From: Methanotrichaceae archaeon
Lineage (GTDB): Archaea; Halobacteriota; Methanosarcinia; Methanotrichales; Methanotrichaceae
Assembly (NCBI GenBank): GCA_963813075.1
Contig: CAWEXU010000016.1
Location: 1-64,000, forward strand
DNA length: 64,000 nucleotides
Direction of reading: 5' to 3'
In this document: piece by piece, positions 9,677-19,566 of the stretch
How positions within the stretch are numbered: the stretch's first letter is position 1
Layout: each line of letters opens with the position of its first letter
Notes under the pieces: model-generated
Databases searched by the model: none
Told to the model about the DNA's origin: nothing
The model's input: the letters and a program-made list of their open reading frames with translations, nothing else
Translations under genes and position numbers: made by a program

Positions 9677-10363
9677 TCATCCCAGGTTTTCCACTGCGGC
9701 CTTGCCGGCGGGCTCTGCACTGGATTCAAGGACATTTATCTGCAGAGCATCATTGAAGGTCTCACTTCCCTCTAGTGAGGCCGCGGATATGCTCACGCTG
9801 TATTTGCCGGGAAGGACGCTGGCGTTCCAGATGCCAGTGAACTCATTTCCTGAGGTCTTGATCAGGACCACATTTCCGGCATCTATGCCGGTTGAATTCT
9901 TGATGGTGGCGCTGGCGGTGATGCGGCTATTGCTATCAGAAGCGCTGGTGTTGTCAATTGTGGGCACCTCACCAGCGGTGGCAAAGACGGCGGTGATATT
10001 GACTGTGCTTCCGGCGCTCACATTTATCGGATCGGCATTGATGCTCACCAGGACGATGGCGGGCTCTGAACTGATGGAGGCAGTGGGTTCCGTCTGAGCG
10101 GGAGTGGCAGTTGCAGTGCTATCCGGGTTCTCCTCTTCGGCCCCGGATTCTCTGTCAAACTGAGAGCTGGTCATGCGCGCTGCCTTCGGCCCGAAATCCT
10201 GTGGGGTTTCATTTATGGGAATGCCCTCCAGGAAACTGGTTGCGCTTTTTGTCCAGTCCTCTTCCTTTGAGCAGGTCGAGCATCCAGCGGATGCGCTGAA
10301 GCTCAGGGCCGCAGTAATCATTATAACGACAATGCTAACCGGTATTAACGCTGATATCTTCAT
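9677..10363 (-). CDS. Secreted hypothetical protein with N-terminal CxxC and C-terminal Ig-like beta domain
   Basis: Signal peptide ending ASA, then GCSTC; PINVSAGSTVNITA...FTGIWNASVLPGKYSVSISA beta-sandwich pattern. Confidence 0.7.
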   Translation of the reverse strand: MKISALIPVSIVVIMITAALSFSASAGCSTCSKEEDWTKSATSFLEGIPINETPQDFGPKAARMTSSQFDRESGAEEENPDSTATATPAQTEPTASISSEPAIVLVSINADPINVSAGSTVNITAVFATAGEVPTIDNTSASDSNSRITASATIKNSTGIDAGNVVLIKTSGNEFTGIWNASVLPGKYSVSISAASLEGSETFNDALQINVLESSAEPAGKAAVENLG

Positions 10364-10561
10364 GTATTCTCCTCATGTTAATGATGCCCGGATGTATAAA
10401 TACAAGCAGGCTCCTTGTGCCCGTTTGCACTTTATTTATATCATCCTAGCGCCCGAGAATGCTGCCAGTCATCCCTCAGCCATGCATTTCATTCTTCCCT
10501 GGCAGTCGTATTCAGGCAAAACGATAAAATCATATATAAGCAGCATCAAATTCTCATAAAG

Positions 10562-11338
10562 ATGAAAAGGCTTACTGCTTACGTCTCGGGCAACGTGCAG
10601 CAAAGGGGATACCGTGCCAGGGTCACGGATATAGCCCGGATGCTGGGATTCAAGGGGACGGTCGAGAACCTGGATGATGGCCGGGTCAAGATCATAGCCG
10701 AAGGCGATGAGGACAAGCTGCGTTGGTTTGAAGAGGCAATCTGCATCCAGAATACCCTGATTAATGTATCAAGCATAGAGAAGGAGTATTCCGCTCCAAG
10801 GGACGACGTCAGCCGGTTCTATAAGCTGGTGGAGAAAGGAGAGACGGATTCTCGGCTGGATACGGCGGCAGACCATCTCAAAAATCTGATCGTTGCCGTG
10901 AATAATATGAATCAAAATATTGGCGGCAAGATCGATCAAATGAATGATAATCTCAGCGGCAAGATCGATCAAATGAATGATAATCTCAGCGGCAAGATCG
11001 ATCAAATGAATGATAATCTCAGCGGCAAGATCGATCAAATGAATGATAATCTCAGTGGATCAAGATCAGATCAAATGAATGATAATCTCAGCGGCAAGAT
11101 CGATCAAATGAATGATAATCTCAGTGGAAAGATCGATCAAATGAATGATAATCTCAGTGGAAAGATGGATGTAATGATCGACCTGCAAAAGGACACTCTA
11201 TCCGGCCAGGAGACTCTCATCGAAGAGGTGAGGCAATCCAGGGAAGAGATAAAGGGTCGCATGGACCAGAGGTTCGATAAGCTGGAAAGCGATGTAGCAG
11301 AAATGAAGGTGGCCCTCAAGGCAAAGGGAATCATATAA
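10562..11338 (+). CDS. Acylphosphatase domain fused to a repeat-expanded coiled coil
   Basis: MKRLTAYVSGNVQQRGYR and GTVENLDDGRV match the acylphosphatase signatures (catalytic Arg and Asn retained); ATG at 10562 preferred over the 10415 start in the ORF track. Confidence 0.85.
   Translation: MKRLTAYVSGNVQQRGYRARVTDIARMLGFKGTVENLDDGRVKIIAEGDEDKLRWFEEAICIQNTLINVSSIEKEYSAPRDDVSRFYKLVEKGETDSRLDTAADHLKNLIVAVNNMNQNIGGKIDQMNDNLSGKIDQMNDNLSGKIDQMNDNLSGKIDQMNDNLSGSRSDQMNDNLSGKIDQMNDNLSGKIDQMNDNLSGKMDVMIDLQKDTLSGQETLIEEVRQSREEIKGRMDQRFDKLESDVAEMKVALKAKGII
10907..11173 (+). repeat. In-frame tandem repeat, 8 units of 33 bp (MNDNLSGKIDQ); unit 5 is 36 bp
   Basis: ATGAATGATAATCTCAGYGGMAAGATCGATCAA repeated directly with no spacers. 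Confidence 0.97.
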
Positions 11339-11410
11339 ATTTCTGCAATATATTTCAAAAGCCGAAGAACACCCTTTTCTTATCCCTGAACCTTCCGGTG
11401 GGCAATAAGG

Positions 11411-13852
11411 TCAATCCCCCTCTATCTTTTTCTTCCACTCCTCTGCCTCCTTCGCCAATTCCGGCTTTCCCAGCACCCTGGCCAAAGCTCCTATGGCCTC
11501 AAGATAGCGCACCATCTGGTCTAAGTAGTTGATCAGATCGCCCTGGTAGGCATACATCCCATATCGATCGCTGAAGTAGTCGATGATCTCCTCCGGGCTC
11601 TTGCCTTCCGCCCGCAGGTCAAGGATGGACAACGATATGCTCTTTTGGATGCAGCCGCAGTAGGGAGACTCCTTGCAGGTGCAGCGGAGAAAGTCGCGGA
11701 CGAAGTCCAGGCAGTACCTCTGAATCTTCCTCTCCAGTTCATTCAGATCAGGACTGCTCAATAGATCCAAAAATGAGCCATGCATTGCCCTCTGGGAGAC
11801 CTGCATATGCAGCTTGGTGGATATGTGCTCGGCAAACTTCAGATAGAGAGCCTCGAAACCCTCCAGCTCCACCGCCACTTCCAGAGCGGATCTACCTTTC
11901 CCAACTCTTTTGGCGATGAGATTGGTCTGATCCGGAGTGAGAAAATGGGCTGCCGCTGCCGCTCCAAGGCGGGTGGGCTCAAAGCCCCGGACCAGTCCTG
12001 CCCTCTCTAGAGATTTTAGGGCGCTGTCCAGGTCATCCAGACCTAAGGTTAGATCATGCAACTTCTCCAGATCCTGGCGGGACCGAGCGACTACCGCATT
12101 GGCCAGAACCTCCTCTTGCTGCTGCTCATCAGAGAACTCCGGGGCCACATCCTCCATCACCCCATGCAAAAGGGCAAGCGCCACTTCATCCTCTGACTCC
12201 CCCCGACCAGAGGAGAACCGACGGCCCGGCTCGGCCAGGATATAGACCAGTCCCAGATCATGATAGCCCGGCCGGCCTGCCCTTCCCAGCATCTGGTTGA
12301 ACTCGTGCACATTAAGCCATTTGATGCCCATGGCCAGAGACTCGAAGACCACCTGGGAGGCAGGAAAGTCAACCCCGGCGGCAAGAGCGGCAGTCGTCAC
12401 CACCGTCCTGATCTTTCCCTGGCCGAAGAGCTCCTCGATCCTCTTTCTTTCCGGATACTGCAGGCCGGCATGGTAGGCTGCCGCACCGGGTATGGACTGG
12501 GCGAGGTTATAGCAGTTCTTGCGAGAGTTGGTGAATATTATGGTCTGACCGCGGTAGCCGGTAGACGAGGTCAGCCTCTCTGCCTGGGCGGCCAGCTCCC
12601 GCAAAAGCTTTCCCTTCTCTTTGCCCGAGGAGAAGATGAGATGGCGCTCAATGGGCACCGGCCGCACCTCATACTCCACTAAAGCGGCATTCAGCCTTCT
12701 CGCCAGGGCCCCAGGATTTCCCACGGTGGCGGAGAGGAATATGAACTGCGCTTCGGGGGCAGCATTTCTCAGGCGGGCGATCATCCCTGCCAGGCGGTGG
12801 CCGCGTTCAGCATCCTCAAGCATATGGACCTCGTCTATCACCACCGTTCCCACCTGCCCCAGGCTTTTTTTCGTGCGGATCACCTGATCTATGCCCTCGT
12901 AGGTGCCGGCGATGATGTCTGCATTAAGGCTCTGAGCAATCTTGCGGCCCTTTCCCAGACGAATGCGGCTTGTCCCCACCCGGATGGAGGTCTGAAAACC
13001 CAGTTGGTTATAAACAGAAAGCTGATCGTACTTCTGGTTGGCCAGGGCCACCAGGGGCACCAGAAACAGCAGTTTGCCCTTTCCCTGCAGAAGGTTCTTT
13101 ATCCCCGCCATCTCTCCGATCAGGCTCTTGCCGGTAGCGGTAGCCGAGACGACCAGCTGATTCCTTCCCTCCAGGAGGCCGGCCGAGATCGCTCTGGACT
13201 GGACGGGCAGGAGTTTTGTCAGCCTGCGGCGCAACAGCTCCTTGAGGGGGCCGGGCAGGTCGATTGAATCCAGGGGCAGACCAGAATCATCCTGGCTGGC
13301 GGGAATGAAGTCAAACCGGGTCAGCTCGGGCTCGAGCCTCTGCAAAGAGAGCAGCCCTATGACATCATCCAAAGATCGCCTCTTTTTCAGGATCCTGGCC
13401 AGATGGGACTTGGCAGGGCGGCTCAGGTGATGAAAATCAGCCTCTCTGAGAAGCTCTGCCGCAGCACAGTTCTCGCAGATCCGGGCTCTCTTGTAGGTTA
13501 TGGCATCCTGCCCCACATAGGTCACCCTCTTCTGCCCAAGACAGTGGCCGCAGACCTGGACGAAGCGGTACTGCAACTGGTAGGACCCCAAAAGCTCCAG
13601 GAACTTCTTCTCCAGAACCGGGTCACCCCGGACGAGATAAATAGCCCCGGCTTTGCGAAGCAGCCTCATGGCGTCCTCCGGAGGAAGATACCTCTCCGCT
13701 TCGTTCTCCTTTTTGACCAGGAACTTGAAGACCCTGGGCCCCTGAGGCATATCCTTCAGGCGCAGATGGCCTTCGAAGAGAACCCGATCCCCGCTCTGGG
13801 GCAATAACAGTATGCGAGACCTGTCCGCCTGGGCAAGAACCTGAAAAGTCAT
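11411..13852 (-). CDS. Archaeal DEAD/DEAH-box SF2 helicase (Ski2-like, DUF5814-type N-terminus)
   Basis: SATATGKS, DEVH, LSAT, AYHAGL, QMLGRAGRP; C-terminal CxC..PYCGC Zn motif. Confidence 0.88.
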   Translation of the reverse strand: MTFQVLAQADRSRILLLPQSGDRVLFEGHLRLKDMPQGPRVFKFLVKKENEAERYLPPEDAMRLLRKAGAIYLVRGDPVLEKKFLELLGSYQLQYRFVQVCGHCLGQKRVTYVGQDAITYKRARICENCAAAELLREADFHHLSRPAKSHLARILKKRRSLDDVIGLLSLQRLEPELTRFDFIPASQDDSGLPLDSIDLPGPLKELLRRRLTKLLPVQSRAISAGLLEGRNQLVVSATATGKSLIGEMAGIKNLLQGKGKLLFLVPLVALANQKYDQLSVYNQLGFQTSIRVGTSRIRLGKGRKIAQSLNADIIAGTYEGIDQVIRTKKSLGQVGTVVIDEVHMLEDAERGHRLAGMIARLRNAAPEAQFIFLSATVGNPGALARRLNAALVEYEVRPVPIERHLIFSSGKEKGKLLRELAAQAERLTSSTGYRGQTIIFTNSRKNCYNLAQSIPGAAAYHAGLQYPERKRIEELFGQGKIRTVVTTAALAAGVDFPASQVVFESLAMGIKWLNVHEFNQMLGRAGRPGYHDLGLVYILAEPGRRFSSGRGESEDEVALALLHGVMEDVAPEFSDEQQQEEVLANAVVARSRQDLEKLHDLTLGLDDLDSALKSLERAGLVRGFEPTRLGAAAAAHFLTPDQTNLIAKRVGKGRSALEVAVELEGFEALYLKFAEHISTKLHMQVSQRAMHGSFLDLLSSPDLNELERKIQRYCLDFVRDFLRCTCKESPYCGCIQKSISLSILDLRAEGKSPEEIIDYFSDRYGMYAYQGDLINYLDQMVRYLEAIGALARVLGKPELAKEAEEWKKKIEGD

Positions 13853-13873
13853 CTTTGAATCGGTATATCCAGT

Positions 13874-14663
13874 TCAACCAATAGTGAGGTCTATCAGCTC
13901 GTACTTCAGGCCCTCGGACTCCAGACGGGTGAGAAGACCGGGAATCTGCTCGTCCACGCTCACCACCAGAGAGCTGACGCCATGGTATGCCGCCTCTACA
14001 GCGAACTCCTTGGCCCCGAAGAGCACATCCGGCTCCCGTCCGGCCTTGCGGAGAGCTCACCAGGGCCTCGATCCCCAGGCACCCCACCATTCTCTCCTTC
14101 CTGAGCAGATCTTTCAAAACCTCCAGGTCAACCCCTCTGGATCCACCCATCTGCACCCTGGGGACCTTGCACAGGGTCACCTTTCCCTCTTCCAGGCTTA
14201 TCAATCCCCGCAGGTCCGAGATGCCTACATCCTCCCCGGCGCTGGCGCTGGCGATGATAATCCCGCTGGCCTCGATATCCTCTTTTCTGTTGGCATACAA
14301 AAGGCCGCCTCTCATCTCCAGGGAGACCCGCTCCCCCTCGACCAGATCGGATTCTGCTATTGCCGTCCAGACGGATACATGGCTGATGATCTCCTCCATC
14401 ACCACCCGAGCATATCGCTTCAGCTCGGCGGCGCTCTCCAGAAGCCACTCCACCCCCTCTTTGGTGATGCTGTAGCGCATCCGGCCGTCAGTTGTTACCA
14501 GGCCGTCGGCTACCAGCTCCTTGATGTACTCGGAGATCGCCTGGGGGGTGACACCCAATTTGCTGGCCACCTCCTTTTGGCGGAGGTTGGGCTGATGAGC
14601 GGCAATCTCAACCAGAATCTGAAAACGGGAGCTTTCCCTCTTGCTCTGCAGCACGTTGGCCAT
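13874..14663 (-). CDS. Winged-helix (MarR/Crp-like, COG1497-type) transcriptional regulator, +1 frameshift near 14055
   Basis: QKEVASKLGVTPQAISEYIKEL HTH; the shifted frame continues LRKAGREPDVLFGAKEFAVEAAYHG...LIDLTIG to a stop at 13874. Confidence 0.78.
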
Positions 14664-14676
14664 CAGAATCCTCTTA

Positions 14677-15195
14677 TCAAAAATCCTCTTCGTAGGGCTC
14701 TATCCGCTGCCCTCGCACCGCCAGGCCTTCTGCTCTCTTGGCCACACCACGAATGAAGACCTGACTGAGTCCCAGCTCCCGGGAAAGGTTGGAAAGCGAG
14801 TTGTTACCTCCGTGAACCATCTTCTGCAGTGTCTCAGTTACCTCTCTCAGCTCCTCATCAGACATAAAGGTGAGACTGATCAGCTCGCTAAGATCCTCCA
14901 TGGTGGCTCCGAAGTTGGCCTGGATGCGAGAGTAGGTGGAATGATACTCCTTCTCCGGGCTAGCCCCGGGCTCAGGCACCCTCCACTTCGTCTCTATCAG
15001 GCCGCTCTTGCGCAGAAGAGCTACGCTCCTGTGTACGCCTGCCTCATCGCCGAAAAGGCCGGCTAGCTCACGCTCAGTGCGCCATTCCCGGCTCAGCTCA
15101 TCGAATATTTTTTTGTGGACGGCTGAGCCGAAGGCCTGCAATAATGGAACCAGATCTGATGGATCATTGATGATCCGTGTTCTCTTCCCAGTCAC
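14677..15195 (-). CDS. Conserved archaeal ArsR-like transcriptional regulator
   Basis: RTRIINDPSDLVPLL, LIETKWRVPEPGASPEKEYHSTYS, typical of this methanogen/haloarchaeal family. Confidence 0.75.
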   Translation of the reverse strand: MTGKRTRIINDPSDLVPLLQAFGSAVHKKIFDELSREWRTERELAGLFGDEAGVHRSVALLRKSGLIETKWRVPEPGASPEKEYHSTYSRIQANFGATMEDLSELISLTFMSDEELREVTETLQKMVHGGNNSLSNLSRELGLSQVFIRGVAKRAEGLAVRGQRIEPYEEDF

Positions 15196-15258
15196 AAGAA
15201 CCTCGCGGTGATAATTCGGATTGACATTATGTCTTTTCTTTGATAAACCTTTTGAGGA

Positions 15259-17166
15259 TCAGATCAGCCTGACCGTCTCCAGGTTCATGGGAGCCATGGT
15301 AGGAATCCGGTATCTTTTGTAGACGGAGCTGGCCAGGTCCAGGCAGTTGCCCTCTTCGCCGTGGTTGGTCAGAACCCGGCCCGGCTTGGGGTAGATGCGC
15401 CGCAAGTACTCCATGAGCTGCTGGCGATCGGAGTGGCCGGAGAAGCCATCGACGGTGGTAACCTCCAGATTGATCTTCACGGTCTGGGTCTTTCCATCCA
15501 CCGATAGGGGCACCTCCTTCCAGCCCTTCTGAATCCGTCTGCCAAGGGTTCCTTCTGCCTGATAGCCGACGATGACCAGGTTATTCTTCTCATCCGGGCC
15601 CAGGCGCTTGAGATACTCTATCACCGGCCCGCCATTGAGCATGCCGCTGGTCGCCAGGATCACGCAGGGCGGCCCATCAACGATCTCCGTTCTCTGCTTG
15701 GGGGACTCCACCTGCACAAAGCACTCCGCCAGGAATGGATTGATCCCCTTATGGAATATCAGGTCCCGCAGATCGTTATTGAGGTACTCCGGGTAGGTAG
15801 TATGAATAGCAGTGGCCTCATAGATCATGCCGTCCAGGCAGACCGGCACCTCATCGATCACCTTCTTTCTGATGGCCTCCTCCAGGACTACCATCACCTC
15901 CTGGCTGCGGCCCACAGAGAAGGCGGGGATGATGACTTTGCCTCCCCGGTTGATGGTCTCCTTTACCACCTTTATCAGGTTGACCTCCGCCTCCTTGCGA
16001 GAGGGCTGGATGCTGTTCGTCCCGCCGTAGGTGGCCTCGGTCACCAGGGTCTCCAGACGGGGGAAGTTGCATACCGCCGGATCGAAAAGCCTGGTCCTCT
16101 CGAACTTGTAGTCGCCGGTGAAGGCCACATTGTACAGGCCGTCACCGATATGGAAATGGGCTATAGATGAGCCCAGGATGTGCCCGGCGTTGTGCATGGT
16201 CAGCTTGGTATCCGGGGCAATGTCGGTAACATCACCGTAGTTGAGGGTGATGGTATGCTTGAGGGCCTCGCGAATCATTCCTGAGTCATAAGGAATACGG
16301 TTCCCCTCCCGGCCGGCGATCTCGATGTAATCCAGCTGCAGCAGAACGAAAAGATCTCTGGTGGGCGGAGTGCAGTAGATGGGCCCCTCATAGCCGTACT
16401 TATAGAGCATTGGAACAAGGCCGGCATGGTCCAGATGAGCATGGGTAAGGACCACCGCATCGATCTGGTTTAAGGGATAGACCTCAGGCACATAGAGGTA
16501 TGGGGTGGCTGAATCATCCGATCCCACATTTATTCCGCAGTCGATGATGATCCGGGACTCCGGTGTGGAGAGGAGCATACAGCTTCTTCCCACCTCGCGA
16601 CAGCCGCCAAGAGTGGTTATTCTGACCCACTGGTCCTTGGAGGCGATATCCCGGTGGATCTTCCTGCCCACGGTGCGCAGGATGCTCTTTCTCTCGCTCT
16701 GCACGCTGCGCAGGTAATCCTTGATATTGGCTATGGTCGTGGATCTGACCGGCGGGGTTCTGACCACCTTTGGCGTCCAGCCGATGAGCTTTGTTATATC
16801 TCGCAGGGTGGCGCCATGGCGACCGATCACCAGGCCGGGCTTTTCCGCCTCGATCTGCACCTCACCGGTCTCGCCGTCGAAGTGGTAGTCGGTGAGGACC
16901 GCCTCTTTGGGCACGACCTCCTGGATCTTGACTATTGCCGTCTCAGGATCCGCCAATACCTTCAGGTCAGGCCGGACCACTACCCTCTTGCGAAGCTCTT
17001 TGGCGAGGTTCCTTATGATCTCGCCGTCATCGGCCAGTTTCTTGGGGTCATCGGTATATATGACCAGCTCTGGACCCTCGAACTCCAGCCCCGTGACATT
17101 GATATCCGGGGGCAGTTTGCTCTGCACCTTGCGTTTGAGCTCAAAAAGTACTTCTTCTACTGACAA
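15259..17166 (-). CDS. fttA: Beta-CASP ribonuclease aCPSF1 / transcription termination factor FttA
   Basis: Two KH domains ([10 protein letters not shown]), [35 protein letters not shown]; adjacent to psmB. Confidence 0.95.
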   Translation of the reverse strand: MSVEEVLFELKRKVQSKLPPDINVTGLEFEGPELVIYTDDPKKLADDGEIIRNLAKELRKRVVVRPDLKVLADPETAIVKIQEVVPKEAVLTDYHFDGETGEVQIEAEKPGLVIGRHGATLRDITKLIGWTPKVVRTPPVRSTTIANIKDYLRSVQSERKSILRTVGRKIHRDIASKDQWVRITTLGGCREVGRSCMLLSTPESRIIIDCGINVGSDDSATPYLYVPEVYPLNQIDAVVLTHAHLDHAGLVPMLYKYGYEGPIYCTPPTRDLFVLLQLDYIEIAGREGNRIPYDSGMIREALKHTITLNYGDVTDIAPDTKLTMHNAGHILGSSIAHFHIGDGLYNVAFTGDYKFERTRLFDPAVCNFPRLETLVTEATYGGTNSIQPSRKEAEVNLIKVVKETINRGGKVIIPAFSVGRSQEVMVVLEEAIRKKVIDEVPVCLDGMIYEATAIHTTYPEYLNNDLRDLIFHKGINPFLAECFVQVESPKQRTEIVDGPPCVILATSGMLNGGPVIEYLKRLGPDEKNNLVIVGYQAEGTLGRRIQKGWKEVPLSVDGKTQTVKINLEVTTVDGFSGHSDRQQLMEYLRRIYPKPGRVLTNHGEEGNCLDLASSVYKRYRIPTMAPMNLETVRLI

Positions 17167-17186
17167 TATTACACATCCAAAAAAGA

Positions 17187-17807
17187 TTAAATGAGATTCA
17201 TTATCTCCGTATATTCCGGCTCGCCTACCTCCTCATATTTATCTGTAATTCTAACGAGCTCGATTTTATCACCAGAAGCGGAATCTCGCTTCAAAGCGTT
17301 ATGAATTGCCCTGGCCGCCAGGACAGTGCCCTCTTCGACGCTGATCCCCGGTTTGTACATGGCCTCCAATACGCCGTAGGCGACCGGAGATCCTGAGCCT
17401 GTGGCTACAATCCTCCGCTCTTCGATCTGACCTCCCAGGGCATCCAGAGAGTAGATCCTGGGGCCGTATCTATCCACGCCGCCCATGACGAGCTGAACCA
17501 TAAAAGGATAGTAGCGCCTGGATGAGAGAATATTAGCGAGCATGGTTGTGACGGCCTTGACCGTCAAGCCCTCGCCCCTTTGCATCTTGTAGAGCCTGGC
17601 CTCAACCTGAACCATCCGGACTAAAGACTGGGCATCACCTACACCTCCGGCAGTGGTCATACCCACCAGGTCGTCGATCTGATAGATCTTCTTGGCCTGG
17701 CTGCTGGCTATAAAACTGCCCATGGTAGCTCGGCTCTCCGATGCAAGGACTACACCTCCATCACAGAGTACACCTACCGTAGTTGTACCTTTGAACACCT
17801 CGACCAT
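17187..17807 (-). CDS. psmB: Proteasome beta subunit
   Basis: Propeptide then G|TTTVG catalytic Thr, [20 protein letters not shown]. Confidence 0.96.
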   Translation of the reverse strand: MVEVFKGTTTVGVLCDGGVVLASESRATMGSFIASSQAKKIYQIDDLVGMTTAGGVGDAQSLVRMVQVEARLYKMQRGEGLTVKAVTTMLANILSSRRYYPFMVQLVMGGVDRYGPRIYSLDALGGQIEERRIVATGSGSPVAYGVLEAMYKPGISVEEGTVLAARAIHNALKRDSASGDKIELVRITDKYEEVGEPEYTEIMNLI

Positions 17808-17931
17808 TCAATTACCTCAGCTAAAATCGGAAAATGGACAAGCATGCTTGGATTCTGGAATATAAATACTTTTTGCAGGCCAGAGGCATCCTTCGATCGG
17901 CTGAAATACTGAGAGCGTGCAATGACCTGAT

Positions 17932-18748
17932 GTGATCGATTTAGCAGACTGGATCTACAGGTACTACATCCACCCCATAATCTATGATACCAGCTACAAC
18001 CCGGTGGACACGATCACCTGGGCGGTGGTGCTGGGCCTGGCCATACTGGGGCTGGTGAAGCTCTTTCGACGCTGCCATCTGGCGATAGACGAGCGGCTGA
18101 TCTATGCCACTCTGCCCTACATCCTGGCGGGCTCGAGCTTGAGGGTGATCGAGGATGCCCAGCTGCTCGATCCGCCCTGGAGCTATCTATTAATCACTCC
18201 TCTCATATTCTTCCTGGTCTTCCTGATCACCGCCGGATCTCTGATCATCACGATAAAACTTCAGGGGGAAGAGTTCCATAAAAGCTACGCCGCTATAGGC
18301 TTTGCCTGGACCCTGTTCAACCTCGTACTTCTTAGCGGAGGTGGGGCTGGAGAACGGCTGGGTTATCGGGGCGGTATTCGTCCTGGGCTCCGCCCTGACA
18401 GGAGGATTGCTCCTCTCTCGCCAGGCAATACCCAGCCTATCCTTTTTGGATGACAGGTTCAACCTCATGATCATCTATGCCCATATGCTCGATGCCAGCT
18501 CGACCTACTTGGGAGTGGACTGGTTTGGCTACTATGAAAAGCACGTCGTGCCAACCTTCCTGATCGATCTCGCCGGAACGGCAGCGGTCATGTACCCATT
18601 GAAGCTGATCGTGCTCCTGCCGGCTCTCTATGTGATCGATAAGTCCATTGAGGACCGGCCACTGAGAAACCTGACCAAGCTGGCTCTGATCACCCTGGGC
18701 CTGGCCCCGGCGGTGCGAAATACTCTGCGGCTGGCGCTGGGCGTTTGA
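17932..18748 (+). CDS. DUF63-family membrane protein, +1 frameshift near 18335
   Basis: YNPVDT, GSSLRVIED, LLITPLIF in the first ORF; AHMLDASST, YEKHVVP, LGLAPAVRNTLR in the second. Confidence 0.8.
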
Positions 18749-18901
18749 GAGGGAAAAGAGAGCAACTTTCGGAATAATGAGAGTTCAAGATATGGAATTG
18801 CCTCTCTTGCCAATGCCAGATGCGATAGATCTTAAGTGAGAAAGGAGACGAGTTACAGAATGGGCTGTGTCAAGGTCAAGAGAGTAAATAAATTTATCTA
18901 A

Positions 18902-19042
18902 TATGAGAAGGCGGGAGATCTGGAACGGGCTTCTGATCCGATGCAGATCTGTGTGGACTATGAGAGGGAGATAGGCCATCCGGATGCGGAAAAGTATGCT
19001 CAGCGCCTGGATGATATTCAAGGCAGATTGAAAAGGAGATGA
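18902..19042 (+). pseudogene. C-terminal remnant of a TPR-repeat protein
   Basis: Reads YEKAGDLERASDPMQICVDYEREIGHPDAEKYAQRLDDIQGRLKRR*, preceded by an in-frame TAA; resembles the EREIGHPDAE capping helix of TPR proteins. Confidence 0.55.
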
Positions 19043-19154
19043 ATGGATCCGGAATGAATAGATGACTCATCTGATCGCCTCAATCCGATCGAATCCAAAT
19101 CCTACATGGTAATGTTTTTAGCGTCAAAGGTCAAATTAAAAAGCCGGGTTGAAG

Positions 19155-19436
19155 ATGCAGGCAATGGATATTCTAAAAGGCCATATCCAGGATATTAAGT
19201 CCGGATTTTCCGTGAAGCGAATAGGCATTTATGGCTCCTTTTCACGGGGAGAAGAGAAGGAGTCCAGCGACATTGATATTTTGGTGGAGTTCGAAAAGCC
19301 TACCTTCCGCAACTTCATGAACCTTTCCTTTTACCTGGAAGATCTCTTCGGAAGAAAAGTGGATCTTGTCACCGTCAAGGGGCTGCACCCACGCATCCGG
19401 CCATATGTGGAGAAGGATGTGATCTGGTCTGAATAA
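19155..19436 (+). CDS. Minimal nucleotidyltransferase (MNT) antitoxin
   Basis: GIYGSFSRGE, SDIDILVEF, LEDLFGRKVDLVT. Confidence 0.9.
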   Translation: MQAMDILKGHIQDIKSGFSVKRIGIYGSFSRGEEKESSDIDILVEFEKPTFRNFMNLSFYLEDLFGRKVDLVTVKGLHPRIRPYVEKDVIWSE

Positions 19437-19438
19437 AT

Positions 19439-19516
19439 GTGATAAAAAACGAGCTTCCAGTTCTCAGATCCAATATTCAGCAAATTCTCTTCGATCAAAT
19501 CACCATCATTAAATAG
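19439..19516 (+). pseudogene. Extreme C-terminal remnant of the HEPN/DUF86 toxin partner
   Basis: Reads VIKNELPVLRSNIQQIL directly after the MNT stop, like the W(D/N)VIKxxLPxL terminal helix of DUF86; the RxxxxH active site is absent. Confidence 0.55.
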
Positions 19517-19566
19517 TAAAATGGCGATTTCCGTCGCTATTTGTGCTCACTATAGAGGGATTGACA

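Noticed and set aside
10907..11173. 33-bp repeats as a CRISPR array
   Set aside because: Units abut with no unique spacers, are in frame within a CDS, and there are no cas genes
18785..19021. 78-aa minus-strand ORF
   Set aside because: No motifs; the opposite strand carries the recognisable TPR remnant
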